Of a DNA stretch of 64,000 nt, positions 15,227 through 31,435 are shown piece after piece. The DNA is taken from contig CAWFKH010000003.1 in assembly GCA_963816355.1 (NCBI GenBank), positions 1,638,622-1,702,621 of the forward strand, read 5' to 3'. The position numbers and the translations under genes were made by a program. Within the stretch, counting starts at the first letter, position 1. Each line of letters begins with the position of its first letter. Below the pieces are notes generated by a model. It saw nothing but the letters and a program-made list of their open reading frames with translations, was not told the origin of the DNA and did no database searches. The stretch comes from an uncultured Gemmatimonadales bacterium (GTDB lineage Bacteria; Gemmatimonadota; Gemmatimonadetes; Longimicrobiales; RSA9).

Positions 15227-15348
15227 GAGCGCGGAGGGGAGGGGGCGGAAGGAGCGCGGAGGGGAGGGGGCGGAAGGAGCGCGGAGGGGAGGGGGCGGAA
15301 GGAGCGCGGAGGGAGGGGGCGGAGGAGCGCGGAGGGGAGGGGGCGGAG
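15227..15348. repeat. tandem repeat, about 5 x 25 bp (GGAGCGCGGAGGGGAGGGGGCGGAA)
   Basis: Directly visible purine-rich units with small length variation. Confidence 0.9.
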
Positions 15349-15373
15349 CGAACGGAGGGACTTGTCGGAGGGT

Positions 15374-15579
15374 CGGAGGACACGGAGGGTTCGAGGGGTG
15401 GCCGAACGGCGCGTGGCGTGGGCGACGAGGCGGAATGGGGCGAGCTTCAGCGGCGGAACGGCATCGCGGCCGAGCGATGATCGCCGGCACCACGCGGGAT
15501 GCCGGCGACCACCGTGAACCAACGATCCGGCGCCGGCCCCCCGCAGCTACCGGCGCCCCCAGACCCTCCGTGTCCTCCG
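15374..15579. repeat. 17-bp perfect inverted repeat pair (REP-like)
   Basis: CGGAGGACACGGAGGGT (15374-15390) and ACCCTCCGTGTCCTCCG (15563-15579). Confidence 0.75.
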
Positions 15580-15663
15580 CCTCTCCGCTGCTTCCGTGAC
15601 GAGCCGTTCCTCCGCGCCCTCCGCCTCCTCCGAGGCCCGCGGCGCCCGCGAGGCCCCTCCCTA

Positions 15664-18600
15664 CTACGCCTCGGCGCCCTCCCCCGCGGTCTCGCGCAGC
15701 CCTGGGAAGAGCTGTTCCGCGCGGGTGGCGAGGGTGTCCTCGCGGGTGGGCGGAACGGGCTCCTCGATGAGGAACTCGACGTCGCTGTAGCGATAGACGC
15801 CGCTGCCGGCCGGGATGAGGTGGCCGATGATGATGTTCTCCTTGAGCCCGATCAGGTCGTCGCGCGAGCCGCGGACGGCGGCGTCGGTCAGCACGCGAGT
15901 GGTCTCCTGGAAGGAGGCGGCGCTGATGAACGACTGCGTGGTCAGGCTGGCCTTGGTGATGCCGAGGAGGAGCGGCTCGGAGCGGGCCGGCTTGCCGCCG
16001 CCGGTCATCCTGCGCTGGTTCTCCTCGCGGAACTCCATGCGGTCGACGTTCTCGCCCTCGAGGAAGTCGGTTTCGCCGGGGTCCGTGATGCGGACCTTCT
16101 GCAGCATCTGGCGCACGATGGTGCCGATATGCTTGTCGTTGATCTTGACGCCCTGGAGGCGGTAGACCTCCTGGACCTCGTTGAGGAGGTACTCCTGGAC
16201 GGCCCGCGGCCCCTTGATGCGCAGGATGTCGTGCGGGTTGACGGGGCCCTCGCTCAAGCGGTCGCCGGCGCGCACGGCATCGCCCTCGTGGACGCGCAGG
16301 TGCTTGCCGACCGGGACCTCGTAGGTGCGCTCCTCGCCCGCCTCCGGAATGACGACGATCTCGCGCTTGCCGCGCTTGATGTCGCCGAAGCGGACGGTGC
16401 CGTCGATCTCGGTGATGACCGCCGGATCCTTCGGCCGCCGCGCCTCGAAGAGCTCCGCGACGCGAGGCAGGCCGCCGGTGATGTCGCGGGTCTTGTACAC
16501 CTCGCGGCTGATCTTCGCGAGGGTGCCGCCCGGCTCCACGGTATCGCCGTCGTGGACGGTGAGCTGCGCGCCCACCGGCACGATGAACTCGCGCAGCTTC
16601 TTGCCGCTCTTGGGGTCCTTGATCTGGATCATCGGGTGGAGCTTCTTCTCGCGGTCCTCGATGATCACGAGCTGACGGCGGCCGGTCGACTCGTCGAGTT
16701 CCTCGCGGACGGTGACCTCTTCGACGATGTCGACGAACTCCACCTGGCCGCCGAAGTCGGCGACGATCGGCTCGGAGTAGGGATCCCAGCCGAAGAGCAG
16801 GTCGCCGGCCTCGACCTCCTGAGCGTCCTCGACGGCGAGCGAGGCGCCGTAAGGCACCGCCAGGCGACTGCGGACCGTGCCCTCGCGCGTCTTCATCACG
16901 ATCTCGCCCTCACGGCTCGTGACGATGCGCTCCTGCGACGGTGTCTCGACGAAGGTGATGCGCTCGAAGTCGATGGCGCCGTCGACCTTCGACTTGCGCT
17001 GCGTCTGCGCGGCGATGCGCGCCGCCGTGCCGCCGATGTGGAAGGTGCGCAGCGTGAGCTGCGTGCCCGGCTCACCGATCGACTGGGCGGCGAGGATGCC
17101 GACCGCCTCGCCGATGTCGACCGGCTTCATGGTGGCGAGGTTGCGGCCGTAGCACATGCGGCACACGCCTCGCTTCGCCTCGCACGTGAGGACGCTGCGG
17201 ATGCGCACCGTCTGGATGCCAGCGTCCTCGATCGCCTCCGCCGCCTCCTCGTCGATGATCTCGCCCGCCTCGACGATCAGCTCGCCGTCGATCGGGTCGT
17301 AGACGTCGTCGAGCGCGACGTTGCCGACGATGCGGTCCTTGAGCGGCTCGATGATGTCCTCGCCCTCCTTGAGCGCGGCCATGTCGATGCCGAGCACGGT
17401 GCCGCAATCCTCGTCGGTGACGGTCACGTCCTGCGCCACGTCGACGAGGCGGCGCGTGAGGTAGCCGGCGTCAGCGGTCTTGAGCGCGGTGTCGGCGAGG
17501 CCCTTCCGCGCGCCGTGCGTCGAGATGAAGTACTCGAGCACGGTGAGGCCCTCGCGGAAGTTCGACTTGATCGGGCTCTCGATGATCTCGCCGATGCCGC
17601 CGGTGAGCTTCTTCTGCGGCTTCGCCATGAGACCGCGCATGCCGGCGAGCTGCCGCATCTGGTCGCGGTTCCCGCGCGCGCCCGAGTTCATCATCATGAA
17701 CACCGGGTTGAAGCCGCCGCTGGAGCGCTCGAGGCGCCGCACCATGGCGTCGGCGACGTCGTTGTTCGCGTGCGTCCAGGTATCGATGACCTTGTTGTAG
17801 CGCTCGCCGTTGGAGATGACGCCGTTCTGGTAGGCGCGCGTGAAGCGGGCCACCTCCTCGTCGGCGTCGGCGAGGATCTCGACCTTCTCGCTCGGGATCT
17901 CGAGGTCGACGAGGCCGACGGAGATGCCGCCGAAGGTGGAGTAGCGGAAGCCGAAGTCCTTGAGCGCGTCGAGGAACGCGGTGGTCGGGCCGAGGCCCAC
18001 CTCCGTGTACGCCTTGAAGATGATGTCGCCGAGCTCCTTCTTGCCCATCGTCTGATTCCAGAAGCCGAGGGCGGCGGGCACGACCGAGTTGAAGATGACG
18101 CGCCCGATGGTGGTGCGGAGCCAGCGGCCGCGGCGCACCTGCTCGTCGTCCTCGACCTCGCCGAGGCGGTGGCGCTCGACCCAGAACCAGCACGGCGTGT
18201 GGAAGCCGACGTGGCCGAGCGCGAGCGCGGCTTCCGCCTCCGCGAAGCGGCCGTAGCGCGGCGCGCCGGCGTAGATCGCGTCCAGCTTGACGGTCGCCTC
18301 CTCGCGGCGATCCTTGGACAGGCGCGCCTGGTTGAGCGCGTCCTCGAGGTCGGCGACGTGGAGCGGCGGCTTGGTCAGGTAGTAGCAGCCGATCACCATG
18401 TCCTGCGTCGGGCTGGCCACCGGCCGGCCGTTCGAAGGCAGCAGGATGTTGTTCGACGACAGCATGAGCACGCGGGCCTCGAGTTGCGCCTCGAAGCTGA
18501 GCGGCACGTGGACCGCCATCTGGTCGCCGTCGAAGTCCGCGTTGAAGGCGGCGCAGACGAGCGGGTGGATGCGGATCGCCTTCCCCTCGACGAGCACGGG

Positions 18601-19983
18601 CTCGAACGCCTGGATGCCGAGGCGGTGCAGCGTCGGGGCGCGGTTGAGCAGCACCGGATGATCGCGGATGATGTGCTCGAGCACCTCGTAGACCTTCGGG
18701 TCGTCGCGCTCGACGATCTTCTTGGCGCGCTTCACCGTCTCGGCCTCGCCGCGCTTCTCCAGCTCGTGGATGATGAACGGCTTGAAGAGCTCGACCGCCA
18801 TCGCCTTCGGCAGGCCGCACTGGTGCAGCTTCAGCTCCGGACCGACGACGATCACCGAGCGGCCCGAGTAGTCGACGCGCTTGCCGAGCAGGTTCTGACG
18901 GAAGCGCCCCTGCTTCCCCTTGAGCATGTCGGAGAGCGACTTGAGCGGACGCTTGCCGCGGCCGCGGATCGCCTTGCTGCGCCGGCCGTTGTCGAAGAGG
19001 GCGTCGACGGCCTCCTGCAGCATGCGCTTCTCGTTGCGCAGGATCACCTCCGGCGCGCGCATCTCGATCAGCTTCTTGAGCCGGTTGTTGCGGTTGATGA
19101 CGCGCCGGTACAGGTCGTTCAGGTCACTGGTCGCGAAGCGGCCGCCGTCGAGCGGGACGAGCGGGCGCAGGTCCGGCGGGATGACCGGGACGACGTCCAT
19201 GATCATCCATTCCGGCTTGTTGCGGCTCTCCGGCGAAGTCCCGGAGTTGCGGAAGGCATCGATCACCTTGAGTCGCTTCAGCTTCTGCTTCTTGCGGTGC
19301 TGGCTCGTCTCGTTGGCGACCTCGATGCGGAGCTGGTCGGCGAGGCGGTCGAGGCCCTTGCCGTCCTTGTTCGGGTCCTTGAGCTGACGGTCGCTCGTGT
19401 CGAGCTGGCGCAGCAGCGTGCGCACGCCTTCGGCGCCGATCTCCGCCTTGAAGACGTTGTCCTCCTCGTCGCGCGCCTTGACGCGCAGATCGTAGTACTC
19501 GTCCTCGTCGAGGAGCTGCTGGTACTCGACCTCCTGGCGACCCGGATGGGTGACCACGTAGTTCGCGTAGTAGACCACCTTCTCGAGGTCACGCAGCGTC
19601 ATGCCGAGCAGGTAGCCCATCTGCGACGGCAGCGTCTTGAAGAACCAGATGTGGGCGACCGGCACCGCGAGCTCGATGTGGCCCATGCGCTCGCGCCGCA
19701 CCTTCGAGAGCGTGACCTCCACGCCGCACTTGTCGCAGATGTGGCCGCGGAAGCGGATGCGCTTGAACTTGCCGCAGTGGCACTCCCAGTCCTTGACGGG
19801 ACCGAAGATGCGCTCGCAGAAGAGCCCGTCGCGCTCCGGCTTGAAGGAGCGGTAGTTGATCGTCTCCGGCTTGGTGACCTCGCCGTACGACCAGCTCCGG
19901 ATCTCCTCGGGCGAGGCGATCTTGAGCTGGATGAAGTCGAAGTCACTGGATCGTGGCTCGCGAGCGCGTGCGAAATCGATCAT
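15664..19983 (-). CDS. rpoC: RNA polymerase beta' subunit
   Basis: NADFDGD catalytic motif, Zn-finger Cys, [12 protein letters not shown]. Confidence 0.99.
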   Translation of the reverse strand: MIDFARAREPRSSDFDFIQLKIASPEEIRSWSYGEVTKPETINYRSFKPERDGLFCERIFGPVKDWECHCGKFKRIRFRGHICDKCGVEVTLSKVRRERMGHIELAVPVAHIWFFKTLPSQMGYLLGMTLRDLEKVVYYANYVVTHPGRQEVEYQQLLDEDEYYDLRVKARDEEDNVFKAEIGAEGVRTLLRQLDTSDRQLKDPNKDGKGLDRLADQLRIEVANETSQHRKKQKLKRLKVIDAFRNSGTSPESRNKPEWMIMDVVPVIPPDLRPLVPLDGGRFATSDLNDLYRRVINRNNRLKKLIEMRAPEVILRNEKRMLQEAVDALFDNGRRSKAIRGRGKRPLKSLSDMLKGKQGRFRQNLLGKRVDYSGRSVIVVGPELKLHQCGLPKAMAVELFKPFIIHELEKRGEAETVKRAKKIVERDDPKVYEVLEHIIRDHPVLLNRAPTLHRLGIQAFEPVLVEGKAIRIHPLVCAAFNADFDGDQMAVHVPLSFEAQLEARVLMLSSNNILLPSNGRPVASPTQDMVIGCYYLTKPPLHVADLEDALNQARLSKDRREEATVKLDAIYAGAPRYGRFAEAEAALALGHVGFHTPCWFWVERHRLGEVEDDEQVRRGRWLRTTIGRVIFNSVVPAALGFWNQTMGKKELGDIIFKAYTEVGLGPTTAFLDALKDFGFRYSTFGGISVGLVDLEIPSEKVEILADADEEVARFTRAYQNGVISNGERYNKVIDTWTHANNDVADAMVRRLERSSGGFNPVFMMMNSGARGNRDQMRQLAGMRGLMAKPQKKLTGGIGEIIESPIKSNFREGLTVLEYFISTHGARKGLADTALKTADAGYLTRRLVDVAQDVTVTDEDCGTVLGIDMAALKEGEDIIEPLKDRIVGNVALDDVYDPIDGELIVEAGEIIDEEAAEAIEDAGIQTVRIRSVLTCEAKRGVCRMCYGRNLATMKPVDIGEAVGILAAQSIGEPGTQLTLRTFHIGGTAARIAAQTQRKSKVDGAIDFERITFVETPSQERIVTSREGEIVMKTREGTVRSRLAVPYGASLAVEDAQEVEAGDLLFGWDPYSEPIVADFGGQVEFVDIVEEVTVREELDESTGRRQLVIIEDREKKLHPMIQIKDPKSGKKLREFIVPVGAQLTVHDGDTVEPGGTLAKISREVYKTRDITGGLPRVAELFEARRPKDPAVITEIDGTVRFGDIKRGKREIVVIPEAGEERTYEVPVGKHLRVHEGDAVRAGDRLSEGPVNPHDILRIKGPRAVQEYLLNEVQEVYRLQGVKINDKHIGTIVRQMLQKVRITDPGETDFLEGENVDRMEFREENQRRMTGGGKPARSEPLLLGITKASLTTQSFISAASFQETTRVLTDAAVRGSRDDLIGLKENIIIGHLIPAGSGVYRYSDVEFLIEEPVPPTREDTLATRAEQLFPGLRETAGEGAEA

Positions 19984-19985
19984 GT

Positions 19986-24212
<4,227 letters not shown>

Positions 24213-24476
24213 GAGTGGACTCCTCCCTCGGGCCCTGGACGAAAGCGACAGGCACGGCAGGAGCCCGACCGCGCCCGAGGGGCAGCGGCGGGCTCTGTAC
24301 CTTCGCTCGATTGTCGCGCAGCTGTGTGGTGATTCGACGGCGCATCACGCGCACCCCACCGGCTGAAGTCTCGGTCTCCGCCTCGTTTCGTCCGACGCGC
24401 GGCGGCTCTCATCGCGCCGCCCGCTCCGCCGGACCCCGCGCACGCGGCGTCCGCCGCGCGCGCTCGCGGAGCCGAG

Positions 24477-24848
24477 CTACTTCAGCTCGACGGTCGCGCC
24501 CTGCTCCTCGAGCTTCGCCTTGATCTGCTCCGCCTCGTCCTTCGAGACGCCCTCCTTCACGGTGGAGGGGGCGCCGTCGACGAGGTCCTTGGCCTCCTTC
24601 AGGCCGAGGCTCGTGACCTCGCGGACGACCTTGATCACCTGGATCTTCTTGGAGCCGATCTCCTTGAGCCGGACGTCGAACTCCGTCTGCTCCTCGGCGG
24701 CGGCCGGCGCGGCGCCGGGCGCGGCCGCCGCGGGGGCGGCGACGGCGGCGGTGACGTTGAACTTTTCCTTGAATGCCTCAACGAAATCCGCCAGCTCCAT
24801 CACCGTCATGTTGCCAATGGTGTCGAGCAGCTCTTCCTTCGTAGCCAT
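24477..24848 (-). CDS. rplL: 50S ribosomal protein L7/L12
   Basis: [27 protein letters not shown]. Confidence 0.98.
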   Translation of the reverse strand: MATKEELLDTIGNMTVMELADFVEAFKEKFNVTAAVAAPAAAAPGAAPAAAEEQTEFDVRLKEIGSKKIQVIKVVREVTSLGLKEAKDLVDGAPSTVKEGVSKDEAEQIKAKLEEQGATVELK

Positions 24849-24885
24849 GTCCGTGCTTCCCTCGTGTTATGGAGATGGGTGGTGT

Positions 24886-25410
24886 TTACGCCTGATCCCG
24901 TTGAGCGTGGAGCGCGTCGAGCAGTCCGGCGAGCTCCGTCAGGTGCGCCTGGAGCACCCAGGCGAGCTGCGCGAGCGGCGCCTGCAACGCGCCGGCGAGC
25001 TCGGCGAGCAACTGGTCGCGCGGCGGCAGCTTCGCGAGCCGCCCGACCTGGTCGGTGCTCATGCGGCGCTGCTCGACCACGCCCACCTTGACGGCGGGCT
25101 TCTGGTCGTGGGCGCCGGCGAACTCGTCGAGCACCTTCGCGGCAGTGACGGCATCCTCGCGACCGATGACGAGGCCGGTCGGGCCGTTGAAGAACTCGGC
25201 GATGTCGGGCAGATCGAGGCCGCCGAGCGCGCGCAGCGCGAGCGTGTTCTTGACCACCAGGTACTCGACGCCGGCGGTGCGCAGGCGCGCGCGCAGGTCG
25301 GTCATGCTCTTGACGTCGAGCCCGGTGAAGTCGGTGAGGAAGAAGGCGGTGGCGCCCCCCAGCCGCTCCGCCAGCTCGTCGACGATCTGCTGCTTCTCCT
25401 CGAGGTTCAT
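24886..25410 (-). CDS. rplJ: 50S ribosomal protein L10
   Basis: DFTGL.V...LRARLR, VVKNTL, LAKLP. Confidence 0.96.
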   Translation of the reverse strand: MNLEEKQQIVDELAERLGGATAFFLTDFTGLDVKSMTDLRARLRTAGVEYLVVKNTLALRALGGLDLPDIAEFFNGPTGLVIGREDAVTAAKVLDEFAGAHDQKPAVKVGVVEQRRMSTDQVGRLAKLPPRDQLLAELAGALQAPLAQLAWVLQAHLTELAGLLDALHAQRDQA

Positions 25411-25411
25411 C

Positions 25412-26116
25412 TCAGGCCGTCACTCGCCGGTAGAGGTTCGGATCGAGCTTGACGCCGGGCCCCATCGTGCTGGAGACCGTGACGCTGCGTACGTAGGCGC
25501 CCTTCGCCGCCGCCGGCTTCGCGCGCATCACGACGTCCATGAAGGCGCCGAAGTTCTCGTTCAGCGACTCGGCCGGGAAGCTGACGCGGCCGATCGGCGC
25601 GTGCAGGTTGCCGGTCTTGTCGACGCGGAACTCGATCTTGCCCGACTTGATCTCCTGCACCGCGCGGCCGACGTCCATGGTGACGGTGCCGGCCTTCGGC
25701 GTGGGCATGAGCCCGCGCGGGCCGAGGATGCGGCCGATCTGGCCGACCTGCGCCATCACGTCCGGGCTGGCCACGGCGGCGTCGAAGTCGAGCCAGCCGT
25801 CCTTGATCTTCTGGATGTATTCCATGCCGACGTAGTCAGCGCCGGCCTCCTGCGCCTCGCGCTCTCGCTCGCCCTGCGTCAGCACCAGCACGCGGACCGC
25901 CTTGCCGGTGCCGTGCGGGAGCACGACGGTGCCGCGGACGATCTGGTCCGCGTGACGCGGGTCGACGCCGAGGCGGACGGAGACCTCGACGGTCTCGTCG
26001 AACTTCGCCGGCGCCGTCTCCTTCACGCGGTTCATCGCCTCGAGCGGCGAGTCGAGGCGGTCATCGCGATCGTACTTCGCGCGCGCGTCCGTGTACCGCT
26101 TTCCGTGCTTCGCCAT
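25412..26116 (-). CDS. rplA: 50S ribosomal protein L1
   Basis: [27 protein letters not shown]. Confidence 0.98.
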   Translation of the reverse strand: MAKHGKRYTDARAKYDRDDRLDSPLEAMNRVKETAPAKFDETVEVSVRLGVDPRHADQIVRGTVVLPHGTGKAVRVLVLTQGEREREAQEAGADYVGMEYIQKIKDGWLDFDAAVASPDVMAQVGQIGRILGPRGLMPTPKAGTVTMDVGRAVQEIKSGKIEFRVDKTGNLHAPIGRVSFPAESLNENFGAFMDVVMRAKPAAAKGAYVRSVTVSSTMGPGVKLDPNLYRRVTA

Positions 26117-26541
26117 CACTCCGCCACCGTGATGCCCATGGAACGGGCGGTGCCCTCGACCATCCGCATGGCCGAGTCGACGCCGGACGCGTTCAGGTCC
26201 GGCATCTTGAGCTCCGCGATCTCGCGCACCTGCCGCCGCGTCACGGAGCCCACCTTCTCGCGGTTCGGCACGCCGGAGCCCTTCTCCAGACCGGCGGCCT
26301 TGCGCAGCAACACGGCTGCGGGGGGCGTCTTCGTGATGAAGCTGAAGGAGCGGTCCGCGAAGACCGTGATCTCCACCGGGATGATCATCCCGGGCTGCCC
26401 CTGCGTGCGGGCGTTGAACTGCTTGCAGAACTCCATGATGTTGACCCCGTGCTGGCCCAGCGCGGGGCCGACGGGGGGCGCCGGATTCGCCGCACCGGCG
26501 GGCACCTGGAGCTTGATGAAGCCCACGACTTTCTTCGCCAT
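26116..26541 (-). CDS. rplK: 50S ribosomal protein L11
   Basis: [23 protein letters not shown]. Confidence 0.98.
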   Translation of the reverse strand: MAKKVVGFIKLQVPAGAANPAPPVGPALGQHGVNIMEFCKQFNARTQGQPGMIIPVEITVFADRSFSFITKTPPAAVLLRKAAGLEKGSGVPNREKVGSVTRRQVREIAELKMPDLNASGVDSAMRMVEGTARSMGITVAE

Positions 26542-26548
26542 CGCTGCC

Positions 26549-27106
26549 CTAGTATCCCTTGAGCTGCGTGTAGTCGAGCTCGACCGAGGTCGGACGCCCG
26601 AACAGACTCACCTCCACCTTCACCTTGCCCTTGTCGCCGTCGATCTCCTGCACGGTGCCGGAGAAATCGGAGAAGGGGCCCTCCATCACCTCGACGACCT
26701 GGCCGACGCGGAAGGGGATCTCCTCCTTCGCCTCCGGCTCCGCCTCCGCCGGCGCGACGCCGAGGATCTTGTTGATCTCGTCTTCGCGCAGGGGCTGCGG
26801 CGCCTTGCCCGCCCCGACGAACTTGATCACCCCCTGGATGTTGTTGATGGTGTGCATCGTCCGCTGGTTCAGGACCATGTGCACCAGCACGTATCCGGGG
26901 TAGAGCCGCCGCGTCACGTTGACCCGCTTGCCGTTGCGGATCTCGACCGTGTCCTGCGTCGGCACGATCGCCTCCTGGATCTCCTTCTGCTCCGGCTCCT
27001 CGCCGGGCTCCTCCGCGATGCGGTGATCCAGGAGCTTCTTGACCTTGTTCTCATGACCCGAGTACGTCTGGATCGCGTACCAACGGGCCTCCGTCGCTTC
27101 CGTCAT
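26549..27106 (-). CDS. nusG: transcription factor NusG
   Basis: [24 protein letters not shown] with GPF and [10 protein letters not shown]. Confidence 0.97.
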   Translation of the reverse strand: MTEATEARWYAIQTYSGHENKVKKLLDHRIAEEPGEEPEQKEIQEAIVPTQDTVEIRNGKRVNVTRRLYPGYVLVHMVLNQRTMHTINNIQGVIKFVGAGKAPQPLREDEINKILGVAPAEAEPEAKEEIPFRVGQVVEVMEGPFSDFSGTVQEIDGDKGKVKVEVSLFGRPTSVELDYTQLKGY

Positions 27107-27313
27107 TTACGCGCCCGCGAAGAGTGCGAAGATGCCGTTGATGATCGTGCGCACGCCCGCGTCCATCACCCAGATGATGAGCGCGACGACGATCACGAAG
27201 ACGATGATCACGAACGTCGCGTTCTTCAGCTGCGGCCAATCGGGCCAGGTGACCTTCTTGACCTCCTCGACGACGTCGCGCGTGAAATCCCGCACCTCGG
27301 CCACCGACTTCAT
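27107..27313 (-). CDS. secE: preprotein translocase SecE (single TM)
   Basis: EVKKVTWP motif plus hydrophobic helix; start moved to MKSVAEV. Confidence 0.94.
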   Translation of the reverse strand: MKSVAEVRDFTRDVVEEVKKVTWPDWPQLKNATFVIIVFVIVVALIIWVMDAGVRTIINGIFALFAGA

Positions 27314-27372
27314 GTCGACGCTCCACCGTGGCGAGCGTCCACGCGCGTGCGACGCGCACGGGCGCCCGTCAT

Positions 27373-27525
27373 CTACTTCGTTTCCTTGTGAAGCGTATGC
27401 TTGTTGCAGCGCGGGCAGTGCTTCATCCACTCCGCGCGCTCCGGATGCTTACGCTTGTTCTTCGTCGTGTGGTAATTCCTCTCCTGACACACGGTACAGG
27501 CGAGGATGATCTTGTCGCGCGGCAT
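27373..27525 (-). CDS. rpmG: 50S ribosomal protein L33, zinc-binding form (below ORF-track cutoff)
   Basis: Manual translation [50 protein letters not shown]. Confidence 0.96.
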   Translation of the reverse strand: MPRDKIILACTVCQERNYHTTKNKRKHPERAEWMKHCPRCNKHTLHKETK

Positions 27526-27642
27526 AGGGTGTCTCCGCCTGGCAGCCTCGGATCGTGCCGAGCCTTTATCTTACTTGCGAATCCGCCGGTTGTTCCCGCG
27601 GTCGTCTCGAGCGACGTCCCGATCGGCTCGGGAGCGCCGCTC

Positions 27643-28836
<1,194 letters not shown>

Positions 28837-28912
28837 GGTCGCTTTCCTCGGAGGTGGTTGGTCGCCGTGACGGTTCGCGGAAACGGCGCGGGCCGGGCCC
28901 GTCGCAATGCAT

Positions 28913-28945
28913 GGCGCGGACGAAGGTAGAGACTTCGTCCGCGCC
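28913..28945. promoter_or_regulatory. 13-bp perfect hairpin in the tuf leader
   Basis: GGCGCGGACGAAG-gtagaga-CTTCGTCCGCGCC. Confidence 0.6.
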
Positions 28946-29017
28946 GTCCCGGAAGGAGGCCGGGCCGCCCCGTGGCGAGCCGCGGGTCGCGCGCCTCGAT
29001 TTTCGGGACAGACGAGT

Positions 29018-29046
29018 ATGATAGGGCGAGGCGAAGCGGCTGTCAA
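29018..29046 (-). promoter_or_regulatory. sigma70-type promoter of tuf-rpmG-secE-nusG-rplK
   Basis: Minus strand TTGACA-17 nt-TATCAT. Confidence 0.8.
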
Positions 29047-29090
29047 CGGCGGGCGGGAGGCAGGGATCGGCCGGCGCCCGGGAGGGGGCC

Positions 29091-29269
29091 CGCGAACGCC
29101 TCGCGAACGCCTCGCCAGTCGGACCGCGAACGCCCCGGGTGCGGATCGGGAACGGCTCGCGAGCGCATCGCGAACGCCCCGGGAGGCGGCTCGGGAACGG
29201 CTCTGGTGCGGATCGGGAGTCGGCTCGGGAACGACTCGGGAACGACTCGGGGCCGGCTCGGGGCCGGAT
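29091..29269. repeat. degenerate 11-12 bp tandem array, about 16 units (consensus CG[G/C]GAACGGCT)
   Basis: cgcgaacgcct, cgcgaacgcct ... cgggaacgact, cgggaacgact, cggggccggct, cggggccggat. Confidence 0.75.
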
Positions 29270-29440
29270 CCGCTCGGGCGTCGGGGAGCCGGGCGTGGCG
29301 CAGGCGTGGTGCCGTGAGCTCAAGTCGTGCGACGACAATCACTTGGGTGGCAGGCAGTCGGGGCGCTCTGGCACGATCCGTGAACAGGAATGGGGTACCG
29401 GGTGCGGACTGCACGCGGAGCGAGCGCGCCTCCTGATCGG

Positions 29441-29920
29441 ATGGCCGACGTGAAGAGCATCCTGCTGGTCGAAGACAACGACGACAACCGCTTCATCTAC
29501 ACGACGTTCCTGCGGCGGCGCGGGTTCCGTGTGTTCGAGGCGCATTCGGGGTGGGAAGGGATCGAGGTGGCGCGCGCGGAGCTGCCGGATCTGATCCTGA
29601 TGGACATCTCGCTGCCGATCATGGACGGCCTGGAGGCGACGCGCCGGCTGAAGTCGGACGAGGCGACATCGTCGATTCCGGTGATCGCGCTCACGGCGCA
29701 CGCGATGCCTGGAGACCGGGCGAAGGCGCAGCGCGCGGGGTGCGAGGGATACCTCTCGAAGCCGGTGGCCCCGACGCGGGTGGCGGAGGAGGTGGAGCGG
29801 CGGATCGGCGCGCCGGGCGATGGCGATCCGGGCTCGTCCGGCAGCTCCGGCGGCGCGGGCTATTCCGGGAGCGGGGCGGAGCACGGCGGCTTCGGCGGCG
29901 GCGGGCGCTGGATCCGCTGA
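29441..29920 (+). CDS. single-domain response regulator (DivK/CheY-like) with Gly/Ser tail
   Basis: ILLVEDN, PDLILMDISLP.MDG, IALTAHA, YLSKP. Confidence 0.9.
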   Translation: MADVKSILLVEDNDDNRFIYTTFLRRRGFRVFEAHSGWEGIEVARAELPDLILMDISLPIMDGLEATRRLKSDEATSSIPVIALTAHAMPGDRAKAQRAGCEGYLSKPVAPTRVAEEVERRIGAPGDGDPGSSGSSGGAGYSGSGAEHGGFGGGGRWIR

Positions 29921-29947
29921 CTGCGGAGCGCGCTCGCGCGCGGGCGC

Positions 29948-30637
29948 TCAATCGCCGCGATGGGCGGCGTGGTAGTAGGCGAGCTTGACGTACTCGGCGA
30001 AGTAGTCGAGCAGCCCCGCCTCCGTCGTCCACCACGCGTCCGGGGAGACGCCGGGGACGTCGACGGCGACCATGGCGAGGCGGGTGTCCAGGCCGGCGAG
30101 ACGGCGGCGCAGCGCCCAGCGGGCGCGGCGCGTGTGGTAGCGGCTCGTCACGACGACGACGACGTGCGCGCCGTGGCTCCCCAGCCACGCGCGAAGCGCA
30201 CCCGCCTCCTCCCATGTGCTGGAGACCGGCCCCGGCAGGACGGTGATCGCGGCGGCGGGGACGCCGCGGCGGCGCAGGATGCGGACGGCGGCGTCGGTCT
30301 CGTTCGGATAGACGCCGGCCCGCACGGCGGGGGTGTCCTCGACGCGGGCGAGGAGAATGCGGGGGGCGACGCCGCGGGCGAAGAGCGCGGCGGCGCGGAA
30401 CGGCCGCGTATCGATGCCCCCCTCGAGCACGAAGATGGCGTCCGCGCGGGCGGGCAGCGGATCCTCGACGGAGAGGTGGCGACCGACGGCGCGCAGGAGC
30501 GGGGCGCGCAGCGCCCATGCCGCCACGCCGGCGAGCAGGACGAGCGCGACGACGGCCAGCAGGCAGCGGAACGGGCCGGGCAGACCGCGCGGGCGACGCC
30601 GGCCGGCGGCGACGTCGCGTACGAGGGTCCGTTTCAT
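29948..30637 (-). CDS. YdcF/DUF218 family protein
   Basis: N-terminal TM, ADAIFVLEGG, STWEEA, VVTSRYHTRRA, EYVKL. Confidence 0.85.
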   Translation of the reverse strand: MKRTLVRDVAAGRRRPRGLPGPFRCLLAVVALVLLAGVAAWALRAPLLRAVGRHLSVEDPLPARADAIFVLEGGIDTRPFRAAALFARGVAPRILLARVEDTPAVRAGVYPNETDAAVRILRRRGVPAAAITVLPGPVSSTWEEAGALRAWLGSHGAHVVVVVTSRYHTRRARWALRRRLAGLDTRLAMVAVDVPGVSPDAWWTTEAGLLDYFAEYVKLAYYHAAHRGD

Positions 30638-30846
30638 GGCGCCTCCTGCCTGGTGGACGGCTCCGTCGCGGGTCGCGCGCGAGACCGGATGCGGGTCGAG
30701 ATCGGGACGAAGGTAGCCGCTCCGCGTGCGGCCGCGCCACGCAGGCGCTGCGGCCTTTCCACGGGACCCTTTCGCGTCGGCTCCCGGCGCAATTAGTATG
30801 GCGCGTCAAGGACGCATCCACGATTCACCACCGTCGAGGGTGGAAC

Positions 30847-31170
30847 ATGCCCAGGGTTGGGTTGCGTCGGCTCGTGCGCGATCGCGCCGGGCAGGGTGTG
30901 GTGGAGTACGCCCTGCTCATGGTGCTCGTGGCATTGGTCGTCATCGGCGCGGCGATGATGCTCGGCCGGAATGCGACGGACCGGGTCGCCGACATCGGCG
31001 ACGCGGTCGCGGGCGCGCCCGGCGCGGCACCGCGCGCGCAGGGAGGAACCGGCGGCTCGGGTCGCGGCGGTCCGCCCGGCGACTGCGTCACGCCCGGCCA
31101 GGGCGGCGCCAATCCGGGGACGGCCGGGGGCACGGCGCCCGGCCAGTGCCGCACCGGCGGCGGCCACTGA
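30847..31170 (+). CDS. Flp-type (type IVb) pilin with Gly/Pro/Cys C-terminal extension
   Basis: RDRAG|QGVVEYALLMVLVALVVI prepilin motif. Confidence 0.75.
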   Translation: MPRVGLRRLVRDRAGQGVVEYALLMVLVALVVIGAAMMLGRNATDRVADIGDAVAGAPGAAPRAQGGTGGSGRGGPPGDCVTPGQGGANPGTAGGTAPGQCRTGGGH

Positions 31171-31435
31171 GCACCTCGCCGCCGGCACCGGCGGATCCTC
31201 TCCGCGCCGCCCGGGGCGAAGCTTCCGCGCGGCGCTCCCCGCGCCGCGCGATCGCTCCTGCCGGCTCCTCGTCCCTCGGTTCCCACCTCCTGCCCCGCAG
31301 GAACATCCGCGGGGCTTGCGCGTAGCAGATCGCGGCCGGCCGAAGGCACTGCGCCGGCGCGATCCGGCCCGTTCCATGCACCGCTCAAGGCCCCCTGCGA
31401 GGGTGCGCCACCGCGCGATTTCCGAGGATGGATCC

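Noticed and set aside
28837..29046. 70-aa N-terminal extension on the second EF-Tu
   Set aside because: The TTG 'start' is the -35 box, and an RBS precedes the standard MGKAKF start.
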